Source: Promethearchaeota archaeon (lineage in GTDB: Archaea; Asgardarchaeota; Lokiarchaeia; Sigyniarchaeales; SOKP01). Taken from it: a DNA stretch of 64,000 nt. The notes beneath the pieces were generated by a model. That model was given only the letters and a program-made list of their open reading frames with translations, was not told the DNA's origin and did no database searches. Positions 40,707-52,400 of this stretch are shown here, one piece after another. How positions within the stretch are numbered: the first letter of the stretch is position 1; every line of letters starts with the position of its first letter. A program made the position numbers and the translations under genes. Location of the stretch: positions 96,001-160,000 of the forward strand of contig JAHPZA010000001.1 in the NCBI GenBank assembly GCA_019058445.1, written 5' to 3'.

Positions 40707-40888
40707 TCCAACATTTTTTTTATTACTCTTTTTAATGATATTCTAATAAAAATTCTGATATATGTAATTTAAAAAGCTTTAAAGTTCAGATTTGAACAAA
40801 TAATTTGGTTACATTGATCATTTTGTATGAGAAATTTATTCTTAAATAATTTATTCACAAAAATTCATTGAAAGATTGTAGAATAGAT

Positions 40889-41179
40889 TCAATAGCCCGC
40901 TTGGAGCAAAAAGAAATGCAATGAAAAACCTAAAAATATGGAACCAACCAAAATTGTGATAATAGACAGTCTAATTGAGGTTTCCCTTCCATACTTAGTA
41001 TAGAGTACTAAAATTAATAAAGCTACTATCCCTATTCCAAAAAAAATCCAAGCTAAAACCCATAAAACAAGTGAAGGGCCCTCAAATAGTTCTTCTGGAG
41101 GTCTTTCTTCTTCCCAAGGCCATTCAAAGTCATTTTGTAATATTGTACTAGTTAACACAAAAAGTAAGGTAAGAATCAT
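40889..41179 (-). CDS. small membrane protein
   Basis: 2-3 hydrophobic segments. Confidence 0.6.
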   Translation of the reverse strand: MILTLLFVLTSTILQNDFEWPWEEERPPEELFEGPSLVLWVLAWIFFGIGIVALLILVLYTKYGRETSIRLSIITILVGSIFLGFSLHFFLLQAGY

Positions 41180-41320
41180 TTGTATTCAAATTTTAATTTT
41201 AAAGCTTGTTTAAGCTATAAATTTTTCATTTTTTTTTAAGTTTTTCAATAAATAGAATTTTAAAGAGATGTTCGCTTATTATTATTAAAATTTTTAAAAA
41301 AAATAAAACTCTAAGTTAAA

Positions 41321-42097
41321 ATGCATTATTTAAGTGAGCTAATTAAAACCCCTTCTTTACAGGATCCAGCAAAAAAGCATATGAATATTCACCGTCATTT
41401 TTATAGATACTCTAAAGGTGATTTTATCGGTCCTGCATTAAAGATAACTATTACAAAAGCAAGAATAACGCTTAGGGGATCACATGAATATGAAGATTTA
41501 ATTCAGGAAATTGTAGTTCGTACAATGGGTGGTAACGATATCAATATTAATGGGGTTTTAATTACAGGGAGCGATATTAATGAAGATCTTCAAAATCTTG
41601 GGTTAGATTGGAATTTAAAAAAATCCACTGGTAAAACAAAGAATTATAAGGCTGAAGTATCGGATAAAATTACAGCAGAACTTTTACTCAAAATTATTGA
41701 AAAGTTTCGAATAAATTCATATCTCCTACTATCTTTTAATGTTAATCCAACATGTAAGGTTAGTACAAAAAAGAGAATCCCTCAACCTTCTAAGAAAAAA
41801 GTGGATGAAGATGATATAAATAAGAGAGTTCAATTCTGCACAGGAGTAATTAACAATACCCAAGAGAATCTAAAATTGATAATTGATTTAGCATTATCAG
41901 ATTTTAAAGCAGACCTTCCTAATCAATTTAAAAACATAATATTACTAAATAACTATAAAATAGAAGAAATTATCCTCCCCAAAGATGTTAAAAATTCTAT
42001 GTTGTTAAGAATAATAGCAATCAGAAAAGGGAAAATGTTTCGTTCCCTTGAATATGATGGAGACATAATAGAGAAACAGTATAATATCGTTGTCTAA
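41321..42097 (+). CDS. hypothetical protein
   Basis: 258-aa ORF upstream of tfe. Confidence 0.7.
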   Translation: MHYLSELIKTPSLQDPAKKHMNIHRHFYRYSKGDFIGPALKITITKARITLRGSHEYEDLIQEIVVRTMGGNDININGVLITGSDINEDLQNLGLDWNLKKSTGKTKNYKAEVSDKITAELLLKIIEKFRINSYLLLSFNVNPTCKVSTKKRIPQPSKKKVDEDDINKRVQFCTGVINNTQENLKLIIDLALSDFKADLPNQFKNIILLNNYKIEEIILPKDVKNSMLLRIIAIRKGKMFRSLEYDGDIIEKQYNIVV

Positions 42098-42183
42098 ATT
42101 TAATTGTTAAAAAATGTTGGCATAATTTAGTAAAATTTAATTCTTATAAAACACTAAAAAATATCATAAAAAGACTAAAATAT

Positions 42184-42780
42184 ATGAGTCAGAGAGGAAT
42201 GTCTTTAAATCCCTTTTTAAGATCTCTTCTATATCTTATTGGTGGCGATGTAGCAATAGAAGTCGGAATAGAACTTTTAAATTCTGAAAATGAAGATATT
42301 ACAGATGAGGATATTACCGAAAATATTAAGGATCGGATTGAGGGGAAAGGAATAGATTTCGAGCCCGATGATAGCGATATATTAAAATTAAATACTGTTC
42401 GAAAAACGCTTTATAAATTATACAGTGAAAAATTGGCTCAATTTAGAAGGATAAGGGATAAAAGCACTGGATGGTTTATCTATTACTGGTGGCATGAATT
42501 TGACTTTCTTGAGAGTATTTTACTAGAAAAAAAGAATTATGTCCAAAGAAAGCTCAGAGACAGGCTCCAATATGAAGAAAATAATTATTTCTTCATTTGT
42601 AAAGCTTGTGAAATGTCAAATATGAAATATAGATTTGATGAAGCATTTGAATTAAACTTTAGGTGCCCAGAATGTGGGGGCCCCTTAGAAGCTCAAGATA
42701 ATCAAAAAATAATTGATTTTTTAAAAGAAAAAATTGTACTCAATCAAAATGTAACAATTAGTAAGGAGTTTGAAGAGTAA
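42184..42780 (+). CDS. tfe: transcription factor E alpha
   Basis: LNTVRKTLYKL wHTH, TGWFIYYW, F.CPECG ribbon. Confidence 0.93.
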   Translation: MSQRGMSLNPFLRSLLYLIGGDVAIEVGIELLNSENEDITDEDITENIKDRIEGKGIDFEPDDSDILKLNTVRKTLYKLYSEKLAQFRRIRDKSTGWFIYYWWHEFDFLESILLEKKNYVQRKLRDRLQYEENNYFFICKACEMSNMKYRFDEAFELNFRCPECGGPLEAQDNQKIIDFLKEKIVLNQNVTISKEFEE

Positions 42781-42785
42781 TATAC

Positions 42786-43355
42786 TCACTTTTTCTTTTT
42801 GATAAATGCAGTATCGCCCATTGAAGTAGTTGATGTCTTTTTCATATATTTTTTTGTATTAACTTTTACATCATCAGTGGCCTTGAGGATCTGAATTTTA
42901 TATACTTCTTCAATCTTTTTTGCTAATTTTAAATTCGGCTCTACTTTCCCAGATTCAATCCTCCTTAGTAGGGATGGTTTTTCATTTAATTTTTGAGCAA
43001 ATTGTTCTTGAGTAAGGTTTTTCTGCGTTCTGACATTTCGAATTCTCTTTGAGTAATCAGATACAATTTCCACTGAAGGTTCCAGAATACTGCTTTGTTT
43101 AGTAGACGGTTTTCTTTTAATAATTTTTTGTGTATTTTTAGAGGTTCTTTCAAAACTGGAGATTTTAGGTTTACTTATTATTTTTTTACCTAAATGTGCG
43201 CAACTTTGACATACTGTTATTTTTGCTCCTTCTATTAAGACTTTTTGACCTTTACCCCATATTTTGCCTCCACAAATGGGACAGTCATCATCTATTCTAG
43301 CATTTTTTTTTTTATACATGGATAAACTTAAATCTATTATATATTTAAAAATCAA
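42786..43355 (-). CDS. mbf1: multiprotein bridging factor aMBF1
   Basis: CPICG..IEGA..VCQSC ribbon + HTH LTQEQFAQKLNEK, T.MGD. Confidence 0.92.
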   Translation of the reverse strand: MIFKYIIDLSLSMYKKKNARIDDDCPICGGKIWGKGQKVLIEGAKITVCQSCAHLGKKIISKPKISSFERTSKNTQKIIKRKPSTKQSSILEPSVEIVSDYSKRIRNVRTQKNLTQEQFAQKLNEKPSLLRRIESGKVEPNLKLAKKIEEVYKIQILKATDDVKVNTKKYMKKTSTTSMGDTAFIKKKK

Positions 43356-43535
43356 TGGTGTTATATGATATAAATTAGCTAAAGGAAATTCTTATAATTT
43401 ATGTTTTTATGGAAATTTTATAAAATATAATATATAGATTTTTTTTACATCAAAGATTTAATTTTGATGAAGAGATAGACTTAAATTTATATGAATAAAA
43501 GTTTATTATTAAATTAAAATCGTTCAAATAAAAAC

Positions 43536-44762
43536 TTGGGTTTACTGAATGTGACAACTACTAAAGATAAAAAGAAGAAGGAAGAGACGAAAGATGGAGA
43601 GTATCTAATCACTTATACGAGGCATCTTGAAAAAAGGCTCCGTAATTTAGAGACTGAGAAACAGCTATTAGATGCAGAAAGATTAAGATTAGAGCAAGAG
43701 CTTCATAGTCTTAGGAATGAAATTGACAGATTAAGAGAGCCACCCCTAGTTTCAGCAACCGTTATTGATATTTTAGATGATAGTAGAGGAAGAGCAATTG
43801 TAAAAAGTTCAACCGGTCCTAGTTTTGTAGTCAATGCAAGTAGAAAAGTGAAGAATGAGAAGTTGAATCCTGGTATGAGAGTTGCTTTAAACCAACGTAC
43901 TTTTGCGATAATGGAGGTATTGCCAACAAAATTGGATCCTTTCGTTAAAGGGATGGAAGTTATTGATTCAATTCCAGATATCTCCTATAATGATGTTGGT
44001 GGTCTGGAGGACCAAATGCAAGAAGTGAGAGAAACTGTGGAATTACCCCTTAAAAAACCAGAGTTATTTAAGAAAATCGGGATAGAACCTCCCAAAGGAG
44101 TATTGCTATATGGAGCTCCTGGTACGGGAAAAACATTATTAGCAAAAGCAGTTGCTCATGAAACTGAAGCTACTTTCATAAGAATCATAGGTTCTGAATT
44201 AGTTCAGAAATTTATTGGGGAAGGAGCTCGATTAGTGAGAGAGATTTTTAATCTAGCAAAAGAAAAAGCTCCAACAATTTTATTTATTGATGAATTAGAT
44301 GCGATTGGTTCTCAAAGACTTAAAATCGCAACATCTGGAGATAGAGAGGTCCAAAGAACTTTAATGCAGCTGTTAAGTGAACTGGACGGATTTGATATAA
44401 GAGGAGATGTAAAAATTATTGGCGCAACAAACAGAGTTGATATCTTAGATCCCGCATTATTAAGACCTGGAAGATTTGACCGAATGATTGAATTTCCTAT
44501 TCCAGATGAATTTTCAAGAGAATCAATTTTTAAGATTCATACTAGGAATTTAACTGTGGAAGATGATTTAAATCTGAAGAAATTCGTTAATCTTACAGAA
44601 GGTGCAACAGGAGCGGATATTAAAGCAATATGTACTGAGGCTGGGATGTATGCTATACGAAGAGAAGCTGAAATGATTAAGGAAAGCGATTTTTTTGATG
44701 CCGTAAATAAAGTAATGCGAAAAGCAAAAGAAAAATTCGTAGACTCAAGACTATATATGTAA
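43536..44762 (+). CDS. pan: proteasome-activating nucleotidase
   Basis: Coiled coil + [29 protein letters not shown]-terminal HbYX LYM. Confidence 0.96.
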   Translation: MGLLNVTTTKDKKKKEETKDGEYLITYTRHLEKRLRNLETEKQLLDAERLRLEQELHSLRNEIDRLREPPLVSATVIDILDDSRGRAIVKSSTGPSFVVNASRKVKNEKLNPGMRVALNQRTFAIMEVLPTKLDPFVKGMEVIDSIPDISYNDVGGLEDQMQEVRETVELPLKKPELFKKIGIEPPKGVLLYGAPGTGKTLLAKAVAHETEATFIRIIGSELVQKFIGEGARLVREIFNLAKEKAPTILFIDELDAIGSQRLKIATSGDREVQRTLMQLLSELDGFDIRGDVKIIGATNRVDILDPALLRPGRFDRMIEFPIPDEFSRESIFKIHTRNLTVEDDLNLKKFVNLTEGATGADIKAICTEAGMYAIRREAEMIKESDFFDAVNKVMRKAKEKFVDSRLYM

Positions 44763-44857
44763 AGATATTTTACTTCTTACATTTTTATTTTAATATTAAC
44801 TATTCTAATAATAGTTAGTTTATTATCTAAACAAAATCTACAAGCTACATTAATAAA

Positions 44858-45349
44858 TTGAATGTTGAATATTTATTAGGATTGCGGAAAATTACAGCTA
44901 TATGTGATTATCAATTTGATCCAGAAATAACCGACGTCCTATTTAGTAATAAAGAAAATATTCACCTTGAGAGGTCAAAAAATACTAATAAAATTAGATA
45001 TATATACGTAAAAGACAATCTACTATTAACATTGAGACCAACTAACGGTTTGTTTACATTAAGTTTTTTCTCCGCCCAAAAAATAATAGATAATACCCCT
45101 CCACCTAAATTAAGGGCTATTGTATTGAATGAAGTCTCAGATTATATTAAAAAGGGGAGAAATGTCTTCTGTAAACATATTATTGATATTGACGAAAATT
45201 TAAGACCTATGGATGAAGTTATTATAGTTGATCAAAATGACGAATTATTAGCATTGGGTCGTTTAAAACTTCCGATTACCTATATCAAGACTTTTAAATA
45301 TGGTGTGGGTATTAATGTTAGAAAAGGAATTAATAAATCAAAAGGTTAA
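44858..45349 (+). CDS. PUA-domain protein (archaeosine TGT C-terminal-like)
   Basis: DYQF, GRNVFCKH, LRPMDEV, VRKG. Confidence 0.8.
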   Translation: MNVEYLLGLRKITAICDYQFDPEITDVLFSNKENIHLERSKNTNKIRYIYVKDNLLLTLRPTNGLFTLSFFSAQKIIDNTPPPKLRAIVLNEVSDYIKKGRNVFCKHIIDIDENLRPMDEVIIVDQNDELLALGRLKLPITYIKTFKYGVGINVRKGINKSKG

Positions 45350-45387
45350 AAATCAAAATTAATTTTATATAGTAAATTGTTGTAAAT

Positions 45388-45876
45388 GTGAAAATAAGTA
45401 TGAAATTACCTAAAGAAATGCAGAAAAAAGAGAAGAGTAAACCAAAACGCCCTCAAGCAGTTAAAAAGAGAGAAGGTCAACAATTTGGGTCTAGACAAAT
45501 GCGTAGAAAAATGCAGCAACAAGGGATAGATATGGATCAAGTCGACGCAACACGAGTAATAATTGAAGGCCCTGAGAAAACACTTGTTATTACTCAACCT
45601 GAAGTGGTTTTAATGAAACAAGCAGGTCAGGAAATATACCAAGTAATTGGAACAGCAGAAGAATTTTCTCCAGAAGAAATTTCAATCGATGAGGCAGAGA
45701 AAATAGATGATAGTGAACCATTAGATGAATCCGAGATGAAACCTACCATTACTGAGAATGATATTATGTTAGTAGCGGCACAGGCAAATGTTGAACGAGA
45801 CGAAGCTGAGGCTGTTTTAATAGATTGCAATGGTGATATTGCTAAAGCTATTTTGCTTCTTAAAAATAGACCTTAA
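45388..45876 (+). CDS. nac: nascent polypeptide-associated complex protein
   Basis: RQMRRKMQQQGI, YQVIG, UBA DIMLVA.QA..GDIAKAIL. Confidence 0.92.
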   Translation: MKISMKLPKEMQKKEKSKPKRPQAVKKREGQQFGSRQMRRKMQQQGIDMDQVDATRVIIEGPEKTLVITQPEVVLMKQAGQEIYQVIGTAEEFSPEEISIDEAEKIDDSEPLDESEMKPTITENDIMLVAAQANVERDEAEAVLIDCNGDIAKAILLLKNRP

Positions 45877-45970
45877 ATTCTTAAAAGTAAAATTTGAATA
45901 ATAAGAAAACATTAAGAATAATGAACCTATTTAAAATATATTCATAAGGAATTATAATTAATGAGTTAAC

Positions 45971-46327
45971 ATGTCTAAAATTAAAAAAAAACCCGCCGAT
46001 CGCTCAACAACAACTATTTCGAAAAAGGATATCGCATTTGAGAAATCAATCCAGTTTTGTGCGTGGATGTTTTTAATCTCATTAAGCATATTTCTTGTTT
46101 ATTATGGTATTTTTGATATCATCTTAGAAGAAATTGATATTGAAATCACCGCTATGCTATTTTCCTACGCTCTTTTTACGGGAACATCTTCTGCACTTTG
46201 CTTTGCTTTATCAACAAAAATAAGAAGAAATAGAGATAGAAAGAAAGAGATATTTATAGACTGGATTATAGCTGAGTTTTTGTTTTGTATGTTTGCGATA
46301 TTTTCAGTAGCGGTTTATCAATGGTAA
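45971..46327 (+). CDS. 3-TM membrane protein
   Basis: Three hydrophobic helices. Confidence 0.65.
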   Translation: MSKIKKKPADRSTTTISKKDIAFEKSIQFCAWMFLISLSIFLVYYGIFDIILEEIDIEITAMLFSYALFTGTSSALCFALSTKIRRNRDRKKEIFIDWIIAEFLFCMFAIFSVAVYQW

Positions 46328-46330
46328 AAA

Positions 46331-46663
46331 TTATTTATAATCCTCCCTCGCAGGACTAAAAACTTCTACAACTTCAGCAGTTTCAAGCACTTTTGCGCCA
46401 TGTTTTTCCCACGAATCAAAAACATAGCTATCTCCTTCTTGAGCTAAAAATTCACCTCTAGTTTCAGTAACAAATTGGATTTTTCCAGACACTACGTACC
46501 CAATCTGATGGGCATCGTGATCATGGAGAGGAATTTCAGCGTTTTTTTCAAGATCAAAAAAACATAACATAACTGAATCATTATAAGTCATGGTTTTTCT
46601 AAAAATTCCGTCTAGCGCTTTGACTTTTTGGATATTGTCTTTATTTACGGGTCCTTTAATCAT
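46331..46663 (-). CDS. cupin-domain protein
   Basis: PLHDH..Q.GYV.SG, GDSY..H, EVFSPARED. Confidence 0.88.
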   Translation of the reverse strand: MIKGPVNKDNIQKVKALDGIFRKTMTYNDSVMLCFFDLEKNAEIPLHDHDAHQIGYVVSGKIQFVTETRGEFLAQEGDSYVFDSWEKHGAKVLETAEVVEVFSPAREDYK

Positions 46664-47057
46664 TTATTTTTTACCTCTTACATCCATTTAATATTTTTTT
46701 TATTTAAATATATACAAGACTAATTCTTATAAAATTTTATAGTTAAAACTGAAAGGCGTTTTACTGACTAGCGACAGAAATCCCTAAGAAGAGAAATTAG
46801 AAAACTAGTTAACCCTCTAAATAAAAAAATCCTAAAATGATTAGGATTTCAAGAGGAAACTCTTTTACAAGAACATTGTTACATTAATAGGAAAAACTTA
46901 AATTAAAAATACAAATAAATTTTTATATTCATCGAAGAAAAATATAATGTAATTAACTGAAATATTATTCACATGAATTATCTAATTAGGTTGGGATTGC
47001 CGACAAAAATTCTTTATTTGTGAATCTTAAAGATAAGTTTATTTATAAAAAGATAAA

Positions 47058-49208
47058 ATGGAAACAAAAGATAATGGAAGGTTAAAAATGGTTTTTGTAG
47101 AACAAACGAGTGCACATAAAAAGAAAAGTAAATATCTAAAAAATTTATTACCTAGAGTGTTTAGAACGGAAGGGGATGTGGTTAAGTTTGATCCGTTAAA
47201 AATTGAAAATAGTATCATTAAAGAAACTGGTTTGGATAAAGAAAATGCTGATAGATTAACTGAAATCGTTGTGAGAAGGATCATATCATCAGGAATTCAA
47301 TTTCTCTCAGGACCCCATATTCGAGAAATAGTTTGCTCTGTTCTTTCAGAAGAACACTATGAGGACCAGAGAAAGTTATATACTCGAATTGGAATGCCTT
47401 TAATGGATTATGAAGCTATTTTAGACCAAGGCATAAATGAAAATGCTAATCAAGATATGAATCCTGAGAGTATCCATCACTGGGCTGCAAATCGAATCTC
47501 CGAAGAATATGCGCTTTTAAGGCTTTTAGATTCAGAAGAAGCTAAAGCTCATTTGTATGGTGATATCCATATCCATATGCTAAGATATTTCGATCTTCGT
47601 CCTTTCTGCCAGGAATGGGACCCTCGCATGATTCTCGAGCATGGTTTACCCCCTGTTGAAAGTTGGCCGCATTGTAGTAAATCGGCTCCTGCTGGAAGCT
47701 TGAGAGTGGCTGTAACTCATTTAGCAAAATGGTTAGGCATAATACAAGGGGAATTTTCAGGAGGACAAGGTTATGATTATATTACAACGTTTTTAGCTCC
47801 TTATGCGAGAGGAATTTCTGACAGGGAAATAGAACAATCAATGCAATGCTTAATTTTTGAAACTAACCAAATTTTTGCTGCAAGGGGTGGGCAAGTACCA
47901 TTTACTTCAATATCCTGTACTCCAACAGTACCAGAAGGGTTACTTGATATTTCAGCAATAGGACCTCATGGAAAAATAGTTGGATCTTATGGAGATTATA
48001 AAGATGAATGCCTACAGCTATTTGATGCATTAACGGATGTGTACATTAAAGGAGATCAAAATGGAAAACTTTTTGCTTTTCCAAAACATGAAATAAAAAT
48101 TAAAAAAGAATGGATAAATGATTTCGAACCGTCTTATTTGAAATTGATGGAAGAAGTGGCAACTATGGGTACTCCTTATTTCCTTAATATGTGTCCTGAC
48201 TGGATGCCTGATGAAATACATAGTCAATGTTGTAGAAAATTTCTCAGTGGAAATGAAATCATTAGTAAATGTATCCTTGATCCCGAAAAAAGAAAAGATG
48301 CAAATGTTTGGGAAAATTACGTGACTATTGGCTCTCTTCAAAGTGTAAGCTTAAATCTACCTAGATATGCCTATTTATCTCGAAATGAAGATGATTATTT
48401 GGAAATATTAGATGAAAAAATGGAATTATCTGCTAGAATTTTGATAAAAAAATGGAAGTTAATGGAAAAAAGATTACAATCAGGTCACCTCCCACTGTGC
48501 TGCGGAAAAATAAACGGAAAACCAATTTTTAATATAAACGATCAAAACCTCTCTATAGGTTTTACAGGATTAAATGAAGCCGTTAAAAGTTTAACTGGAG
48601 AAGAACTCCACGAAAGTAAAGATGCGTATAATTTGGGCAAAAAAATATTGGAATTCATGGTCGCAAAATGCAATACAATGACAGAAAGAGATGGATATTC
48701 ATATTCACTCTGGGAACAGCCCGCCGAGAGCAGTTCAGGACGCTTTGCTAAATTGGATTTGAAACATTTTCCTAAAAAAGCAATTCCTCAATCATCTGGT
48801 AAATCTGCTTATTACACAAATTCGGGTCATTTCAGATATGATGCTGATATTCCACTATCAGAAAGAATAAAAAAGCAAGGAGATTATCATCCAATCGTGA
48901 GTGGGGGTGTTATTACTCATATTTTTCTAGGAGAACAAAAACCAGACATAAATGGATTGTGGGAGCTTACAAAAAATATTTGTCTTAACACAAATACGGC
49001 ATATTTTGCATATTCTCCCGATTTTACATACTGTCCGCATTGTCGAAAGATGTTTCGAGGGGGAAGCTTTACCTGTTCTCAGTGTGGATCTCAGGACGCA
49101 AAAGTTTATTCGCGTATTACCGGATATTATAGTGAAGTTAATAGATATAATGCTGGAAAGAGAGCAGAATGGGAAACCCGAAAACGACAAAATATAGTTC
49201 ATATATAA
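47058..49208 (+). CDS. nrdD: anaerobic (class III) ribonucleoside-triphosphate reductase with ATP cone
   Basis: ATP cone, GDIHIH, SGGQG, SQCCR, PAES, YYTNS, CPHC..CSQC, glycyl-radical RITGYY. Confidence 0.95.
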   Translation: METKDNGRLKMVFVEQTSAHKKKSKYLKNLLPRVFRTEGDVVKFDPLKIENSIIKETGLDKENADRLTEIVVRRIISSGIQFLSGPHIREIVCSVLSEEHYEDQRKLYTRIGMPLMDYEAILDQGINENANQDMNPESIHHWAANRISEEYALLRLLDSEEAKAHLYGDIHIHMLRYFDLRPFCQEWDPRMILEHGLPPVESWPHCSKSAPAGSLRVAVTHLAKWLGIIQGEFSGGQGYDYITTFLAPYARGISDREIEQSMQCLIFETNQIFAARGGQVPFTSISCTPTVPEGLLDISAIGPHGKIVGSYGDYKDECLQLFDALTDVYIKGDQNGKLFAFPKHEIKIKKEWINDFEPSYLKLMEEVATMGTPYFLNMCPDWMPDEIHSQCCRKFLSGNEIISKCILDPEKRKDANVWENYVTIGSLQSVSLNLPRYAYLSRNEDDYLEILDEKMELSARILIKKWKLMEKRLQSGHLPLCCGKINGKPIFNINDQNLSIGFTGLNEAVKSLTGEELHESKDAYNLGKKILEFMVAKCNTMTERDGYSYSLWEQPAESSSGRFAKLDLKHFPKKAIPQSSGKSAYYTNSGHFRYDADIPLSERIKKQGDYHPIVSGGVITHIFLGEQKPDINGLWELTKNICLNTNTAYFAYSPDFTYCPHCRKMFRGGSFTCSQCGSQDAKVYSRITGYYSEVNRYNAGKRAEWETRKRQNIVHI

Positions 49209-49457
49209 ATAACAAAATTTTATGCACTCTATCAATTTAAAAATCATTATATTTGAAATATTTGCATCATTAGTGAGAGATTTACTCTAGTTATATAACT
49301 TGAATGAAGATATAAATCCGAAAAAATAATATCAAGCAAATAACGAAAGACATTTTGAGATATTCACTAATAAAATTAATGATGAATTTAGAAAATTATT
49401 TAAGAAACTAAGACCTATGAACATAGGACAAAAGATTAAAGATGAGTAGATTTTTCA

Positions 49458-52400
49458 ATGAAACAAACAGAAAGATCATATTTTTCTTATTCAACAAAAT
49501 TAAAAATTGCTGCATATTGTAATAATACTTGCGCTTTTCCTTCATGTGGTAAAAAAGTTCTTAGTGGGAGGATTAAGGCAGAAGATCTCGAAAATGGATT
49601 TTCTAAAGGTGAATTTGCTCATATAGTTGGTGTATCTCCTCAAGGACCTAGGCGATCTCAAGATGTGTCTCTAGAGAGCATTAATGATGTTTCAAATGGG
49701 ATACTACTATGTGCAGAACACCATGCATTAATAGATGCAAATCCTAATGATTATCCTATAGAAACCTTAAGAAAATGGAAAAGGAATATTGAAGATAATT
49801 ATAAAAATCTTCTGTTTATCAGTGATTATGATTCATGGGATGTTGACATAAATAATTTAATTAAAACTTCTGAATTTATTCAATATTCCGAAGAATTAAA
49901 TAAATTTTTAAATAGTTCTGAGAATCTAATTGTGCACGTAGACGGCGAAATAGGAGTCGGGAAAAAAACTTTTGTAAAATATTGCTTTTCTCAATTACCT
50001 AAAAATCTGCAGAACGAAGTTATTATAATACAATCTAATGATTTTGATCTCTCAAATTTCTCATTGTTTAATAAAATGATTAAATCAAGATTCCTTATTT
50101 TGCTTGAGACTTCTCCAAATTATCTTAAAAAATTAGTTGATAGAATTAAACAAGTTAATCCAACTAGTTATAAAGTCATTTCGATTGGTTCGGGTGAATT
50201 AGTAACTAAAAAAATAAATGGAATTATAAAAAAATATACTTTAAACCGTTTAGATTCGAAAAGTTCAAGGAAATTAATCAGCCAATTAAGCAAAATTATT
50301 TCTCAGAATAATATAAAATATATTTTGGATTTGACAAAAGGAAATCCAGGAATTATTGCATCATTGGTCAAATATAATGAAAGAAAATATGATTTCACAG
50401 ATGATTCCATAATTTCTGAAATTTTCGAGAATTTCAATGAAAGAATTAAAAAAATGGGGATAGAGTTAATTCTAGTTAAAAAAATTATATTAGGTTTCTC
50501 AATCTTCTCTGAATTAGGATGGTATAAAGGATTATATAAGACATTATTTGAGAAAGGAAAATGGAGTTATGAATTTGAAGAGATACCTAACAAATTTTCC
50601 AAGATAATAAATGTTGATCTAGACAAGATTGACATTATTATTACAGAATTACTTGAACTAAAAGTTTTAGAAAGAAAAGGGAGATTTTTAACTTTATCTT
50701 TACCATGTTTATCAGGTCTTTTCATTCGTCAGACACAGGAGGTATTTCTCAAGTATTTTAAGCGAATTATGGATTTACAAGATCCACATTTATTACAAAA
50801 ATTTTTAAAACGATTAAAACAGTTTGCTTATGAAGAAGTCCTAATTTCATCAATTGTTAAGGAAATTCTCGATACTGGGTTATTATCAACTATAGACTGC
50901 CTAAATATTAATTTTTTTTCTACAATCCTCTTAAATCTTGCACAGCTTAATAATAAACTAGTGGCTGACCATCTTGAATTATTATTCAAGCATAAAAATC
51001 CACTAGAATTAAAAGAAATTTTAATCAATCGAAGAAACTTAATAACAGCTCTTGAGCATCTGATATGGTATCCAGAAACATTTAAGACGGGAATGGATAT
51101 TTTAATTAAACTAAGCATAGGTGAAAATGAAGACTGGGCTAATAATGCAACAGGATTAATACCTGAAAAATTTAGAGTATATTTACCTGGAACGTCAGCA
51201 AGTTTAGATTTGAGATTGAATTATTTATCTGAGTTTATTGCTAATTCAACTGAAGAGCATTTTTTTTTGATTCCAATGATTTTCAAATCTATTTTCTATC
51301 TAAATACTAGTTCTAGATTGATATACGCTGAGATACAATCATTTAAGCCAATACCAAAAGAATTCGTACCAAATCCAAAAGAATTGTCAAAGTATTTAAA
51401 TGAAACTTTTAAAATTTTTAAAAATCAATTTGAAAATGAAAAATTTGAAAAAGATGGATTAGAAATCATAAATAATAATTTGAAACTTTTTGTAGAACTA
51501 AACAAGTTTGAAGAAATTAAATCAATATGGAATAAAATAATAAGTAAAGATAGAGATTTTAAAATCAGATTAATAAATTTTTTCGAATATCGATTCAAGA
51601 ATGATACAATCTATCCAGATATTAAAGAGTATATAAACAAATTAAAAGAAGATTTTTCCCTACTTGATTCAATTAAAGAGTTTTCTTGGAAAAGCCCATT
51701 AGATTTTAAAGAAGAAGATATGAAATCCAAATCTCTTGAAGTAAAAAAAGTATTATCTAGTTTAGAAAAGGAAGAAATTCAAGAGATTCTAGAATGGTTA
51801 ATGAAAAATTCTGGTGATTTTGTCATACAAATTGGAATTTTGTTATCATTGGACAAAGATTGGATTGATCAATATGAAGATGTATTAGAAAGCTTTCTAA
51901 AATTAAAGGAAAATAGGGAATTTGATTTCTTTCTTGCGGTCTCTTATAACATTAGAATTAAGGACCAAGAAAGGTGGAGATCTATATTAAAAAAAATTGA
52001 AGCAAATGAAGGACTTTCACATGATTACTTTAGATTGTTAAGAGCAACTCCAATTCTCGATGATTGGGTTGTAAATAAAATAGTTGATTTAGCTGAACAT
52101 GATTTCCTAAATGAAAGTGATTTATATCAATTTTCATGTTTAGAAAATGTAATTGAATTGGATGAAAACTTGTTTAAAAAAATAATGAGAATCTATTATA
52201 ATAGATTTCCTAATGTAATTTCTGTTAAGCCTCAACAATGGAATGATAATTTATTCTTAATAAAACGATATATTGAAAAAAATCCCAATTTTATCAAAAG
52301 AAATGTTGAAGATCTATTAAAAATTCTTTTAAATTTTGAGTGTCATGAAGTTGAGATTGGTGATAAATTTTCAAGCCTTTGGTTAGAAATTATTCTTATA

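Noticed and set aside
43448-43469. CATCAAA-N8-TTTGATG inverted repeat upstream of pan
   Set aside because: Short and AT-rich; cannot be distinguished from chance without comparative data
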